Of a stretch of 28,338 nucleotides of DNA, positions 1 to 8,821 are shown one piece after another. This stretch comes from Thermoprotei archaeon. GTDB taxonomy: Archaea > Thermoproteota > Methanomethylicia > Nezhaarchaeales > WYZ-LMO8. The notes below the pieces were generated by a model. That model was not told the DNA's origin. It worked only from the letters and a program-made list of their open reading frames with translations, and made no database searches. Numbering within the stretch: position 1 is the stretch's first letter; every line of letters starts with the position of its first letter. The stretch is taken from contig QMSN01000001.1 of NCBI GenBank assembly GCA_003650865.1, positions 1-28,338 on the forward strand, read 5' to 3'. The translations under genes were made by a program, and so were the position numbers.

Positions 1-1352
1 GCCACTAAATCATTGGTCTCTAAGGTTTGCTGAATCATTTGAGGAACAGCCTTTAGCGACGACTCAACTTCACGCGCTAAGTCGAGGTTAACTCCCTTGA
101 GCATTGACGTGCGCGCAGCAATTCGAGATAACATTACCAGTTGAGCTATGTAGGTCTTTGTAGCTGCAACACCTATTTCAGGTCCAGCGTATAGACCAAC
201 GTAAGAGCTTACAAGGCGAGTTATGGAGGAGCCCATGACGTTAGTTAGGGCTAAGAGCTTAATTCGTGAGCTTTGTAGCGAGCGAAGTATATGGAGGACA
301 TCTGCTGTCTCTCCGGACTGTGATATCGCTAATACGGCATCGCCATCACTTAGTAGCTCAGCATGCGACTCCTGGAACTCTGAGGCTATAGCTGAGTAAG
401 CTTCTACTCTAGCTAAGAGCCTTAGCAGGTGAGATCCATACATGCACGCGTGGTATGAAGTCCCACAACCCACTAAGAAAACTCTGTTCGACGATGCGAT
501 GAGCCTAGACAGGTTGTCTATGTACTCTCGAGGGGCCTTTACGACGTTGAGCGCGACTTGAGGTTCCTCAAATATCTCCTTAATCATGTAGTGCGGGTGC
601 TTACCCTTTTCAGCAGCTTGGTAGAACACGTCTACAGGCGTGAACCTCGGTGTTAAGGCTGAGCCTGAGCTTAGAGAGATCAGCTTTATGAAGCCTGGCT
701 TTAACACTGCAATTTCTCCATCGTTTATCGGTACTATGCGCTCGACATCCCTAGGCAACGCTGGGATATCTGACGAGCAACAGGCATAGTTGGAGCTAAT
801 ACCCACTATGAGCGGGCTCTCCATCCTGGCACATATTATCGTGTCCTCGTAAAGAGGAGAGATAGCGGCGAAGGCGTAGGATCCTTTGAGCATTAACAGG
901 GCTCTTCGAGCTGCTTCTTCAAACGGCAACCCAAGCTTCATATGCTCTTCTATTAGGTGAGCAATAACCTCACTATCGGTCCTAGACCTAATCTTGTGCC
1001 CAGCAGACTCAAGCTTCTTGCGGAGCTCCAAGTAGTTCTCTATGACACCATTGTGCACTACCACGACTAGACCGTTACAGTCAGTTACTGGGTGCGCGTT
1101 TTCCTTTGATGGAGCACCATGAGTAGCCCATCGAGTATGACCTATACCGCACCTACCTGGTAGGGACTCTAGGTTTATTTTTTCAGCAACCTCCACGATC
1201 TTGCCTTGATCCTTCTTTAAGTATACAGTTCCTCCGCTTACGGTTGCTACACCGACGGAGTCATAACCTCTATACTCAAGCTTCTTGAGAGAGTCAAATA
1301 TTATGTTAGCAACTCCACTAAAAAGCGATGTCAAACCAAATATGCCGCACAA
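1..1352 (-). CDS. glmS: Glutamine-fructose-6-phosphate aminotransferase (isomerizing); 3'-truncated by the window edge and absent from the ORF track
   Basis: Manual translation from TTG at 1352 (SD GGAGGG just upstream) gives MCGIFG...LEYRGYDSVG...GHTRWATHG...HNGVIENY, the class II glutamine amidotransferase domain with N-terminal Cys. SIS-domain motifs such as SQSGETAD follow, and the frame at position 1 matches the start frame. Confidence 0.96.
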   Translation of the reverse strand, partial: MCGIFGLTSLFSGVANIIFDSLKKLEYRGYDSVGVATVSGGTVYLKKDQGKIVEVAEKINLESLPGRCGIGHTRWATHGAPSKENAHPVTDCNGLVVVVHNGVIENYLELRKKLESAGHKIRSRTDSEVIAHLIEEHMKLGLPFEEAARRALLMLKGSYAFAAISPLYEDTIICARMESPLIVGISSNYACCSSDIPALPRDVERIVPINDGEIAVLKPGFIKLISLSSGSALTPRFTPVDVFYQAAEKGKHPHYMIKEIFEEPQVALNVVKAPREYIDNLSRLIASSNRVFLVGCGTSYHACMYGSHLLRLLARVEAYSAIASEFQESHAELLSDGDAVLAISQSGETADVLHILRSLQSSRIKLLALTNVMGSSITRLVSSYVGLYAGPEIGVAATKTYIAQLVMLSRIAARTSMLKGVNLDLAREVESSLKAVPQMIQQTLETNDLV

Positions 1353-1400
1353 AGCCCTCCACCAAACTACACTTAGCTCTAAGCTATGCAGGAGAAGGGG

Positions 1401-1416
1401 GAAATAAGTTTTTAAT
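1401..1416 (+). promoter_or_regulatory. BRE/TATA-like box in the glmS / ORF1438 divergent spacer
   Basis: GAAATAAG-TTTTTAAT lies about 22-29 nt upstream of the GTG at 1438, consistent with a leaderless archaeal transcript. Confidence 0.5.
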
Positions 1417-1437
1417 GAAGGGGACGGCGTCTATAAT

Positions 1438-1692
1438 GTGGATAAGGTTACATACGTAGCTGAGCTTGAGAGGACCATAGAGGACTTCATGCGAAAAAGG
1501 GATAAGATGTTTAGCAAGGGTTTCCTGAACTCTGATGGCATGAAGGCACTCGTGAGAATACTTAAGATGGCTGTGAGAGCTGGTCTCATAGATAAGAGCT
1601 CTGGCATATCAAGGTACTTAAAGTCAAGAGAGGAGGGAGAAGTCTTAGCGATATTGTTAAGCCTAGAGGAGAGGCTTTGTGCTCGAAGTTGA
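1438..1692 (+). CDS. Hypothetical protein, 84 aa
   Basis: ORF track; fills the gap with genome-like codon use and overlaps the next gene by 14 nt; no family recognised. Confidence 0.7.
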   Translation: MDKVTYVAELERTIEDFMRKRDKMFSKGFLNSDGMKALVRILKMAVRAGLIDKSSGISRYLKSREEGEVLAILLSLEERLCARS

Positions 1693-2209
1693 AGTCAAAG
1701 TTCCAATAACAGCCGAGGAGAGAGAAGTCCTCAAAGCCAAGCTGAAGGAGCTTAAAGCAGATTTCTTGGGGAAAGCAATAGAAGTTGACGTGTTCTTAAG
1801 TCATCCCTGCTACGACCTCGGAGATAAGGGACATACGCTTAAACTGCGTGTGAGGAATGGAGAGGGCAAGATCATACTTAAGGAAAGGGTTGAGAGACAA
1901 GATGTTAAGGCAAATATAGAGCTAGAAACTGAAGTTACAAGTCCACGATTGTTCCTCGAAATCCTAAAGAAGCTGGGGTTCAAGGAGACCTTAACCGTGA
2001 AGAAGTTAAGGGAAACATACTTGTTAAGTGACGTATACATCCACTTCGATGAGGTGGATGGCTTAGGGCTCTTTGTTGAAGTAGAGCTCTTAAACCATAA
2101 GGTCGAGAAGAGAGCTATAGAGAGAGCTTTGGCGACTTTGGGACTTGAGGGTAAGATGTTGATAACAGCTGGATATGCTGACCTGCTTAGTAGGGGCGGC
2201 GTTACGTAA
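1679..2209 (+). CDS. CYTH-domain protein (class IV adenylate cyclase CyaB-like / triphosphate tunnel metalloenzyme)
   Basis: N-terminal EVEVK (ExExK) motif, KKxRxxY, and D.VDGLGLFVEVE. Confidence 0.85.
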   Translation: MLEVEVKVPITAEEREVLKAKLKELKADFLGKAIEVDVFLSHPCYDLGDKGHTLKLRVRNGEGKIILKERVERQDVKANIELETEVTSPRLFLEILKKLGFKETLTVKKLRETYLLSDVYIHFDEVDGLGLFVEVELLNHKVEKRAIERALATLGLEGKMLITAGYADLLSRGGVT

Positions 2210-3518
2210 TTCTACGTAAACCCTGCTTTTTGACTCCACTTTCTAGAAACCTCGAGAGTATCAGGTAGACACAGTAGTCACCGCATACAGAGCACGCACC
2301 ACTTTTAGAAGGAACTCTTTCATGAATATCTCTAGCCGTCTCTGGATCTAAAGCCAATTTGAACTGAGTCTCCCAGTCTAAGGCGGCCCTAGCCCTTGAA
2401 ATCTCGAGATCCCACTTCAAAGCCTTCTCTCCTAACCTAACAATATCACCTGCGTGTGCAGCTATCTTAGAAGCTATGATGCCCTGCTTTATGTCCTCAA
2501 GTAGAGGGATTCCTAGGTGCTCTGATGGGTAAACCGCACAGAGGAAGTCCACTCCCGCTGCTACAGCTAAGGCTCCACCTATTGCTAAGGTTATGTGATC
2601 ATAGCCAGGAGCCACGTCCGTAACTATGGGGCCTAGCGTATATAGAGGAGCATGGTCAACTATAATCTTAGCTTGCCTCACGTGGTGCTCTATTTGGTTT
2701 ATCGGCATGTGGCCAGGGCCTTCAACTATGACTTGCACACCATGGGCCCTACTCTGCTTCACCAGCTTGCCTACTGTCAAGAGCTCTGACATTTGAGCTA
2801 TGTCATTTGCATCTGCTTGGCATCCAGGCCTCAGCCCGTCGCCTAGGCTTATGGCGAAGTCGTATTCCCTGGCTAGGTCTAGTATGAGCTCGTAGTTCTC
2901 GAGGAGGGGGTTTTCACGCTCATTGTGTATGATCCAAGCTGCTATGAAAGCCCCACCTCTGCTAACTATGCCAGCAACTCTAGGATGCTTCTTTAAGAGC
3001 TCTACAGCGCTCTTCGTTACCCCTGCGTGAATTGTCATGAAGTCCACTCCATCCTTTGCGTGGAGCTCTATGGCGTTAAGTATGTCGTCAACATCCATGT
3101 GCACTATGGAGCCGTACTTACGAATGGCTCTATGAGCAGCTTCATATATCGGAACAGTGCCTACAGGGACCGTCAAGCTCTCGATTATAGCCCTCCTTAT
3201 CTCGTCCATCTGGTCAGAGGTCGAAAGATCCATAACGGTGTCGGCGCCATACCTTACGGCGAGCTTCGCCTTCTCGACTTCAATCCCTATATCTGAGAAG
3301 TCGACGGAGGACCCCACGTTGGCGTTTACCTTAGCCTTCAATCCCTCACCTATCCCAATAGGGTCTACGTTATCTCGCACGACGTTCTTCGGCACAACTA
3401 TTCTGCCAGCTGCAACCCCTCTCAACACGAAGTGGGGGTCTACATCTTCTCTTGCTGCTACAGCCCTAAACTCCTCTAGCATAACCCCACGTCTTGCAGA
3501 CTCTAATATCGTAGTCAA
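2202..3518 (-). CDS. thiC: Phosphomethylpyrimidine synthase ThiC family radical-SAM enzyme
   Basis: KVNANVGSS, GADTVMDLST, SRGG, GDGLRPG, EGPGH, APGYDH and a C-terminal CSVCGDYC Fe-S motif. Confidence 0.88.
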   Translation of the reverse strand: MTTILESARRGVMLEEFRAVAAREDVDPHFVLRGVAAGRIVVPKNVVRDNVDPIGIGEGLKAKVNANVGSSVDFSDIGIEVEKAKLAVRYGADTVMDLSTSDQMDEIRRAIIESLTVPVGTVPIYEAAHRAIRKYGSIVHMDVDDILNAIELHAKDGVDFMTIHAGVTKSAVELLKKHPRVAGIVSRGGAFIAAWIIHNERENPLLENYELILDLAREYDFAISLGDGLRPGCQADANDIAQMSELLTVGKLVKQSRAHGVQVIVEGPGHMPINQIEHHVRQAKIIVDHAPLYTLGPIVTDVAPGYDHITLAIGGALAVAAGVDFLCAVYPSEHLGIPLLEDIKQGIIASKIAAHAGDIVRLGEKALKWDLEISRARAALDWETQFKLALDPETARDIHERVPSKSGACSVCGDYCVYLILSRFLESGVKKQGLRRIT

Positions 3519-3644
3519 TGACTAGCACCTGCACTAAAGATAGGAATGCCCAACTAAAATCTTTCTCATGGAGAGTTAACGTAATAAAAGTTTTTTAGTA
3601 GAGATCTTACTTGGAAAAATGTGCATATCAAGAAGTGAGCGCCT

Positions 3645-3875
3645 ATGGTGAAGAGCGACCCCCTAAAGATGTTGATGAAAGCTGTCAACGGAGAGGTCGT
3701 CGTTAGACTTAAGGATGGTAGGAGCTGTCGTGGAATCCTTGAAAAGTGCGATCAATGCATGAACTTGTTGCTGAACGACGCTGAAGAGATAAACGAGAAC
3801 GAGGGGCCTATAGCAAAATATGGGAGAGTCCTGATTAGAGGGAGCAACATACTCTTCGTTAAGCTGAGAGAGTAA
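3645..3875 (+). CDS. Sm-like archaeal protein (SmAP/Lsm)
   Basis: Sm1 motif (V.V.LKDG...GIL...D..MNLLL.DAEE) and Sm2 motif (LIRGSNI). Confidence 0.93.
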   Translation: MVKSDPLKMLMKAVNGEVVVRLKDGRSCRGILEKCDQCMNLLLNDAEEINENEGPIAKYGRVLIRGSNILFVKLRE

Positions 3876-3900
3876 AAAGAGGAAGGCAGCGTGATAGACA

Positions 3901-5121
3901 TTGGCCAAGAAGATGGACTTCATCTCGATAGAGAGGTTATCGCAGAAAGCCGTTTACGAGCAGGAAGTCGAGATGGTTGAGAGAAAGGGGAAGGGGCATC
4001 CAGACACATTAGCTGACAACTTGTCTGAGGCTGTGTGTAGAGCTCTCTGCAACTACTACATGGACAAGTACGGTGCAATACTGCACCACAACGTCGACAA
4101 AGCCCTTGTAGTTGGAGGAAGATCCATACCGACGTTCGGCGGCGGCGTTGTATGTGAACCGATATATGTAGTTGTAGCTGGCAGAGCAGTGACTCACGTG
4201 GTTAAGGAGAACAACGTTGAGATGGTGCCCATAGGGAGCCTGGCCATAGAGGCTATGAGGGAAAGCATTAAGAAAACCTTTAGGCACCTAAACCCAGACG
4301 TCCACGTTATACTTGACTACAAGATAAAGCAAGGATCTGAGGACCTAGTCAAGGTATTTGAGCTTGGAAAAGGGATTCCGCTGGCCAATGACACCTCATT
4401 CGGAGTAGGGTACGCACCTCTCACTGAGACGGAGAAGTTAGTGCTTGAAGTAGAGGGCCTCTTGAACTCCGACGACTACAAGAAGAAGAACCCAGCTGTA
4501 GGAGAGGACATAAAGGTCTTAGCTGTTAGGAGAGGTAAAAAGGTGGACTTGACTGTTGCCTGCGCCATGATAAGCGCCTACATAAACAACTTAGATGATT
4601 ACCTCAAGGTCAAGGAGGACGTTAAGGGGGACGTCTTAAACTTAGCGTCTAAGTACCCAGACCTCGAGGTGGACGTGGAGGTCAACGCCGCCGACAAGCC
4701 GGATAGAGGAGTGATATATCTAACGGTCACGGGGACCTCGGCTGAGGCAGGAGATGACGGCAACACGGGGAGGGGTAATAGAGCTAATGGACTGATAACG
4801 CCTAACAGGTACATGTCGCTTGAAGCAGTAGCTGGCAAAAACCCCGTCAGCCACATAGGTAAGATATACAACATAATCTCGACTAACATAGCCAACAGGA
4901 TATACGAGGAGACGGGCAAGGTCAAGGAGGTCTACGTGCACATGCTTAGCCGCATAGGGAAGCCCATCAACGAGCCCCTCGTCGTCAGCGTGAAGGTAAT
5001 ACCTCACGACGGCATCACCGTAGAGAGCTTACGCTCTGACATAGATGGCATAGTGAGGAATGAACTGGAGAACATAGAGAACGTGAGGGACTACTTGCTC
5101 AAGGAACCATTAAGGCTTTAG
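3901..5121 (+). CDS. mat: Archaeal-type S-adenosylmethionine synthetase
   Basis: VERKGKGHPD, HHNVDK, ANDTSFGVGYAP, GRGNRANGLITP and AGKNPVSHIGK. Confidence 0.96.
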   Translation: MAKKMDFISIERLSQKAVYEQEVEMVERKGKGHPDTLADNLSEAVCRALCNYYMDKYGAILHHNVDKALVVGGRSIPTFGGGVVCEPIYVVVAGRAVTHVVKENNVEMVPIGSLAIEAMRESIKKTFRHLNPDVHVILDYKIKQGSEDLVKVFELGKGIPLANDTSFGVGYAPLTETEKLVLEVEGLLNSDDYKKKNPAVGEDIKVLAVRRGKKVDLTVACAMISAYINNLDDYLKVKEDVKGDVLNLASKYPDLEVDVEVNAADKPDRGVIYLTVTGTSAEAGDDGNTGRGNRANGLITPNRYMSLEAVAGKNPVSHIGKIYNIISTNIANRIYEETGKVKEVYVHMLSRIGKPINEPLVVSVKVIPHDGITVESLRSDIDGIVRNELENIENVRDYLLKEPLRL

Positions 5122-5132
5122 CCCGCCATGCG

Positions 5133-7226
5133 TTAAGCCGAAGTATTAGGAGACGTAAGATGCCTCAAGCGCTGTTCACGGTACTCCCTCAATATCCTTA
5201 AGAGCTTATCTGATGCTTCCTCGTCTATCTCCTTTTGAAGTTGCTCTCTACGTTCCTTAATGATGTCCTCCAGCTCGTGGGTGGTGTACAGGAAAGGCCC
5301 TGCTTTATCGATCTTTACCTCGTCGACATCTATGACAGGTATGCAGTGATCTCTAAGGAAAACGTACGCCTGTTCAGGTAGCTTACTTAGGCTTGTGATT
5401 ATGGCTTTGGGCTTTAAATCCACGAGGATTCTAAGCCCCTCTTCACTACAGCTCTCTGGGCTATGAATTAAAACCACATCTCCCTCCTTGAGTTTGCTGA
5501 ACTTTAGGGCTTCGTCTAGCGACCTCTTAGTTATGGACCTCGCCTCCTTGATTATCACTATCGCACCGTCAAGTAAGTTTTGCACAAGCTCCTCAAGGCG
5601 TTTAGCCACATACTCTACTTGTTCAACCCTCGTAGCTAGCTCCTGAGCATGTTTAAGTGCGCTCTCCAATCTACACCTAAGAACTGCTTCTTCCCTCTCT
5701 CTTTCACCTCTGGCTTCTCCAGATCTCCTCGACAGTCTTATTATGAGCTCCTCGAGCTCTTCAACCTTAGCCTCTTTCTGCCTTAAGGACTCTAGCAACA
5801 TGATCTTGGACTCTTCAAGCTCCTTAATTATTCTGCTCTGCTCCTCAACTTTCTCTCTCAGCTTTGAGAGCTCTTGCTTAAGCTTATGAACCTCAGGGTC
5901 AACCGCGTAAATAGTTCTTCTCCTAGCCGTCTCGGCTTTAGCCATGGCCTGCTCCACGGCCTCTCTTATAGTTAAGCCTTTAACCAGCAGAGCTTTAGCC
6001 TTCTCCAGTTGCGAGGGTAGGATCCCGAGCTCTCGAGCCTTGGCCTCCAACTGCGAGAACTTATTCTTGAAGCTAGAGAAGGCCTTTAAGGCAGCTGCTA
6101 GGGCATCTCTCTGATGAGAGTTTTTGACTATCTCCTTGTGGTTGGGAATGTAGTCGTATATTATCCTCCTCTTCTCCTCAATAGTCATGTCTTTAGGCGG
6201 CGTGTATATGGTGCAGCCAAGGGATGACGCTATCTTCTCGACTAAGTCCGATGGTGTCTTAACGTCTGATGCTACTAAGACTGGCTTGCCTATCTTCGTC
6301 ACAGCCCTTATTATCGTGACCTTGTCGAGGGCTAGGCCACTACTTACGAGGAGAGGTTTGCCTTGCAGGTCTACTACAGCGAGACCTGTCACTATGCCTG
6401 GGTCTAGTCCTACAATTAAAGGTCTGTCAGGTCTTGATGATTCTGGCAGTTGCTCGCTTAATGGTGGTAGCCTAGCCAGCAGCTTTAGATTAACGCCACT
6501 CTTCTTGATGAGCTCTGAGAGAGGCTTTATCCACCTCTTCACATCTGATGGTCTAGCCTCCACGACTAGTAGACTTCTCTCAAGTCCATGTTTAGAGAGC
6601 TTAGTGTAACACTCGATTGCATGGTGGTCTAGGTGTTTTTTAAGTTCGTCAAGCACCATGTTGGTAACCTGCTTTATGGCTGAGCGCATGGACCTCTTGT
6701 ACCTCTCTTGGCTCATGCCACCCGCGCCGTAACTTCTACCTCGAGAGATCACAATTAGAGTCCTCGCGCCAGTTGGCTCAATTACAGCAACACCTACGCC
6801 TCGTAGAGCTAGGAGAGCAGAAACCTCAGCTGCTTGCAGAGGGGAGAAGTGGGTTACTCTTTTGTCTATTAATCCATGCTCGAGGGCTAGGTCTACAAGC
6901 TTCACATAGCGCCCAGAGGGATCTCGCGTAACCTCAACAACTCTAACCTTATCTAGAAGGTTACTTACCCTCCTCTTGACCTCGAGGGATGAGCCTCCAA
7001 GCTCGTACAAGTTGTCTATGGCTATAGTCGACACCCTGTACTTGTCTATTAGCATGAGCACAGAGCCCCAATCTATGTCCTCCTTGCGCTCCACCACTCT
7101 GCCTTCACTCACCACGACAGCAGCATATCTTGACGCGTGGTGAGTTGATGGAACCATGTCTAGACCCATAACTACGCTATTCACGCTGACAGCAGCGTTA
7201 CGCAGGGCCAAGATATTACCCCGCAT
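5133..7226 (-). CDS. DUF460 / COG2433-type protein: RNase H-like domains plus long coiled coil; true start may be downstream of 7226
   Basis: VMGLD and IVGLDPGIVTG RNase H-fold strands, SGGMSQ-like GAGGMSQERY, HQRDALAAA and an extended heptad region. Confidence 0.82.
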   Translation of the reverse strand: MRGNILALRNAAVSVNSVVMGLDMVPSTHHASRYAAVVVSEGRVVERKEDIDWGSVLMLIDKYRVSTIAIDNLYELGGSSLEVKRRVSNLLDKVRVVEVTRDPSGRYVKLVDLALEHGLIDKRVTHFSPLQAAEVSALLALRGVGVAVIEPTGARTLIVISRGRSYGAGGMSQERYKRSMRSAIKQVTNMVLDELKKHLDHHAIECYTKLSKHGLERSLLVVEARPSDVKRWIKPLSELIKKSGVNLKLLARLPPLSEQLPESSRPDRPLIVGLDPGIVTGLAVVDLQGKPLLVSSGLALDKVTIIRAVTKIGKPVLVASDVKTPSDLVEKIASSLGCTIYTPPKDMTIEEKRRIIYDYIPNHKEIVKNSHQRDALAAALKAFSSFKNKFSQLEAKARELGILPSQLEKAKALLVKGLTIREAVEQAMAKAETARRRTIYAVDPEVHKLKQELSKLREKVEEQSRIIKELEESKIMLLESLRQKEAKVEELEELIIRLSRRSGEARGEREREEAVLRCRLESALKHAQELATRVEQVEYVAKRLEELVQNLLDGAIVIIKEARSITKRSLDEALKFSKLKEGDVVLIHSPESCSEEGLRILVDLKPKAIITSLSKLPEQAYVFLRDHCIPVIDVDEVKIDKAGPFLYTTHELEDIIKERREQLQKEIDEEASDKLLRILREYREQRLRHLTSPNTSA

Positions 7227-7255
7227 TAAGTAGGAAATCTCACTTACATAACTCC

Positions 7256-8122
7256 TTAGCCCCTAATATTCTTTAACTCCTCTTCGAGATCAACGGTTAA
7301 GCCAAATCTCCTATTGAAGAAGCGAGCTATATTCGCTAAGTCTCGCTTCAAGTACTCGAGGCTTCGTGGGTGCCTAGCTGAAACCCATTGCGGCCAATCT
7401 ATTATGAGCACATCGAAATCTTGGGTTACAACAACGTTGAACTCGCTTAAGTCAGCGTGCACTATGGAAGCCTCTCGATAAGCCTTCTTAACGTTCTCGA
7501 GTATCTCCCTCAGGGTCAAGGAAGGGTCTGGGAGGTCTGTGACTACGTATAGGGGGTCTCCTATTATTACCCCCATGATAACCACGTGCCTGTTATGGGC
7601 TATGGGCTTGGGAACCTTAACGCCCAGTGGGTATAGGGCTTCGAGAGCTTCAAACTCCCTTCGAGCTGCGATGCATGACTGCCTATACCACGAGCTTGCC
7701 TCGCCGTAAGACCTCAGACGCTTCGTCTGCTTAAAGCTTGAGCGCCCAACTCTATGGAACTTGACAGCGACCCTTAGACCCGACGGTGACAGACCGTCGT
7801 ATATGTCAGCCTCCTTGCCCACACCCAGCCTTATACCCACAGCGTCTAGCACTCCGTGATCGACGAAGTACTTAAGGGCTAAGGCGTCTCTGCCATATTG
7901 CCTCAAGGCGTAACCCAAGTACTCTTGCTTCCACCTAGATACGAGGCCGAGCTTGTGTAGCTTATCAAGGGACTCCATGAGGTCCTCGATGGACTTCCTC
8001 AACTGTCTAGCAAGAACTTCAACTGGTATGTACTCATACCTTAAGTGCAACCTCTCCATAGTTGTGAGAATCTTGAAGTCGTAGTCCTTGAGGGACCTCA
8101 TCATCGAAGCCACAACAGACAT
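7256..8122 (-). CDS. rio2: RIO2-type serine/threonine kinase (SSU maturation)
   Basis: N-terminal winged helix, GVGKEADIY, VKFHRVG, HADLSEFN and IIDWPQ. Confidence 0.93.
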   Translation of the reverse strand: MSVVASMMRSLKDYDFKILTTMERLHLRYEYIPVEVLARQLRKSIEDLMESLDKLHKLGLVSRWKQEYLGYALRQYGRDALALKYFVDHGVLDAVGIRLGVGKEADIYDGLSPSGLRVAVKFHRVGRSSFKQTKRLRSYGEASSWYRQSCIAARREFEALEALYPLGVKVPKPIAHNRHVVIMGVIIGDPLYVVTDLPDPSLTLREILENVKKAYREASIVHADLSEFNVVVTQDFDVLIIDWPQWVSARHPRSLEYLKRDLANIARFFNRRFGLTVDLEEELKNIRG

Positions 8123-8143
8123 GGATACTTAGCCTCCACTTAC

Positions 8144-8821
8144 TCACTTGTCTACTAGCTTAGCGTCCTTTATTACAAGCTCCCCCCAATTCCTCCTCCA
8201 CAAGACCTCGTAGTCGAGTATCTCCACTCTCTTCTTGAAGAAGGGAGTGTCAAGGACGAAGGTTTCGTACTCACCGCCTTCACCACAAGCGTGTATCTTC
8301 CACTTCTCCACGAGCTTCTTTAGGTCGTTTAGCATGTCGTAGTCTATGAGCCTACCAAGCCACTTGGCTGTTAAGCCCTCAGCGTAGACCCCTATAACTA
8401 TGGCTTTGAAGCCCTCCTTAATCACGGACTCTAAAATGCCTATTGGGTCGCGTCCCCAAAGCGGGGTTATGAGGTCAAGGCTTAGCTCCTCACACACTCT
8501 TCGCAAGAGGTCTCGCTGATACTTACTAGCCATGACGCCTGAAACCACGGTCTTCACTCCATAACGCTCCTTCAAATCCTCTAAGACGCGCCTCATCTGC
8601 TCCAGCTCTTCACCTTTAGGTGTGCTGACCAATATGTGAGGCAAGCCGAGGGCTTGTACTTGAAGCGAAGTCCACCTCACATTGGGCACGTGGAACAACA
8701 TGGATTCAGGGTCTTGCGGGTAAAAGGTGGTTATGCACGAGATCTTTACGCCAGACTTCATAGCTAAGTAGCAGGCGTAAGCGCTGTCTTTGCCTCCACT
8801 CCACAGACAAGTAGCGGTCAA
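8144..8821 (-). CDS. dph6: Diphthine-ammonia ligase / PP-loop ATPase
   Basis: SGGKDS PP-loop, SMLFH, PLWGRD and CGEGGEYETFVLD. Confidence 0.88.
   Translation of the reverse strand: MTATCLWSGGKDSAYACYLAMKSGVKISCITTFYPQDPESMLFHVPNVRWTSLQVQALGLPHILVSTPKGEELEQMRRVLEDLKERYGVKTVVSGVMASKYQRDLLRRVCEELSLDLITPLWGRDPIGILESVIKEGFKAIVIGVYAEGLTAKWLGRLIDYDMLNDLKKLVEKWKIHACGEGGEYETFVLDTPFFKKRVEILDYEVLWRRNWGELVIKDAKLVDK

Noticed and set aside
3519-3644. TPP riboswitch upstream of thiC
   Set aside because: No CUGAGA or ACCUGA core and no matching stems on the minus strand; the spacer looks like AT-rich divergent promoters.
7176-7226. Two hairpins at the 5' end of DUF460 (GCGGGG/CCCUGC and ACGCUG/CAGCGU) as another BHB intron
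   Set aside because: No register gives a 4-bp central helix with two 3-nt bulges; this is at most ordinary 5' structure.
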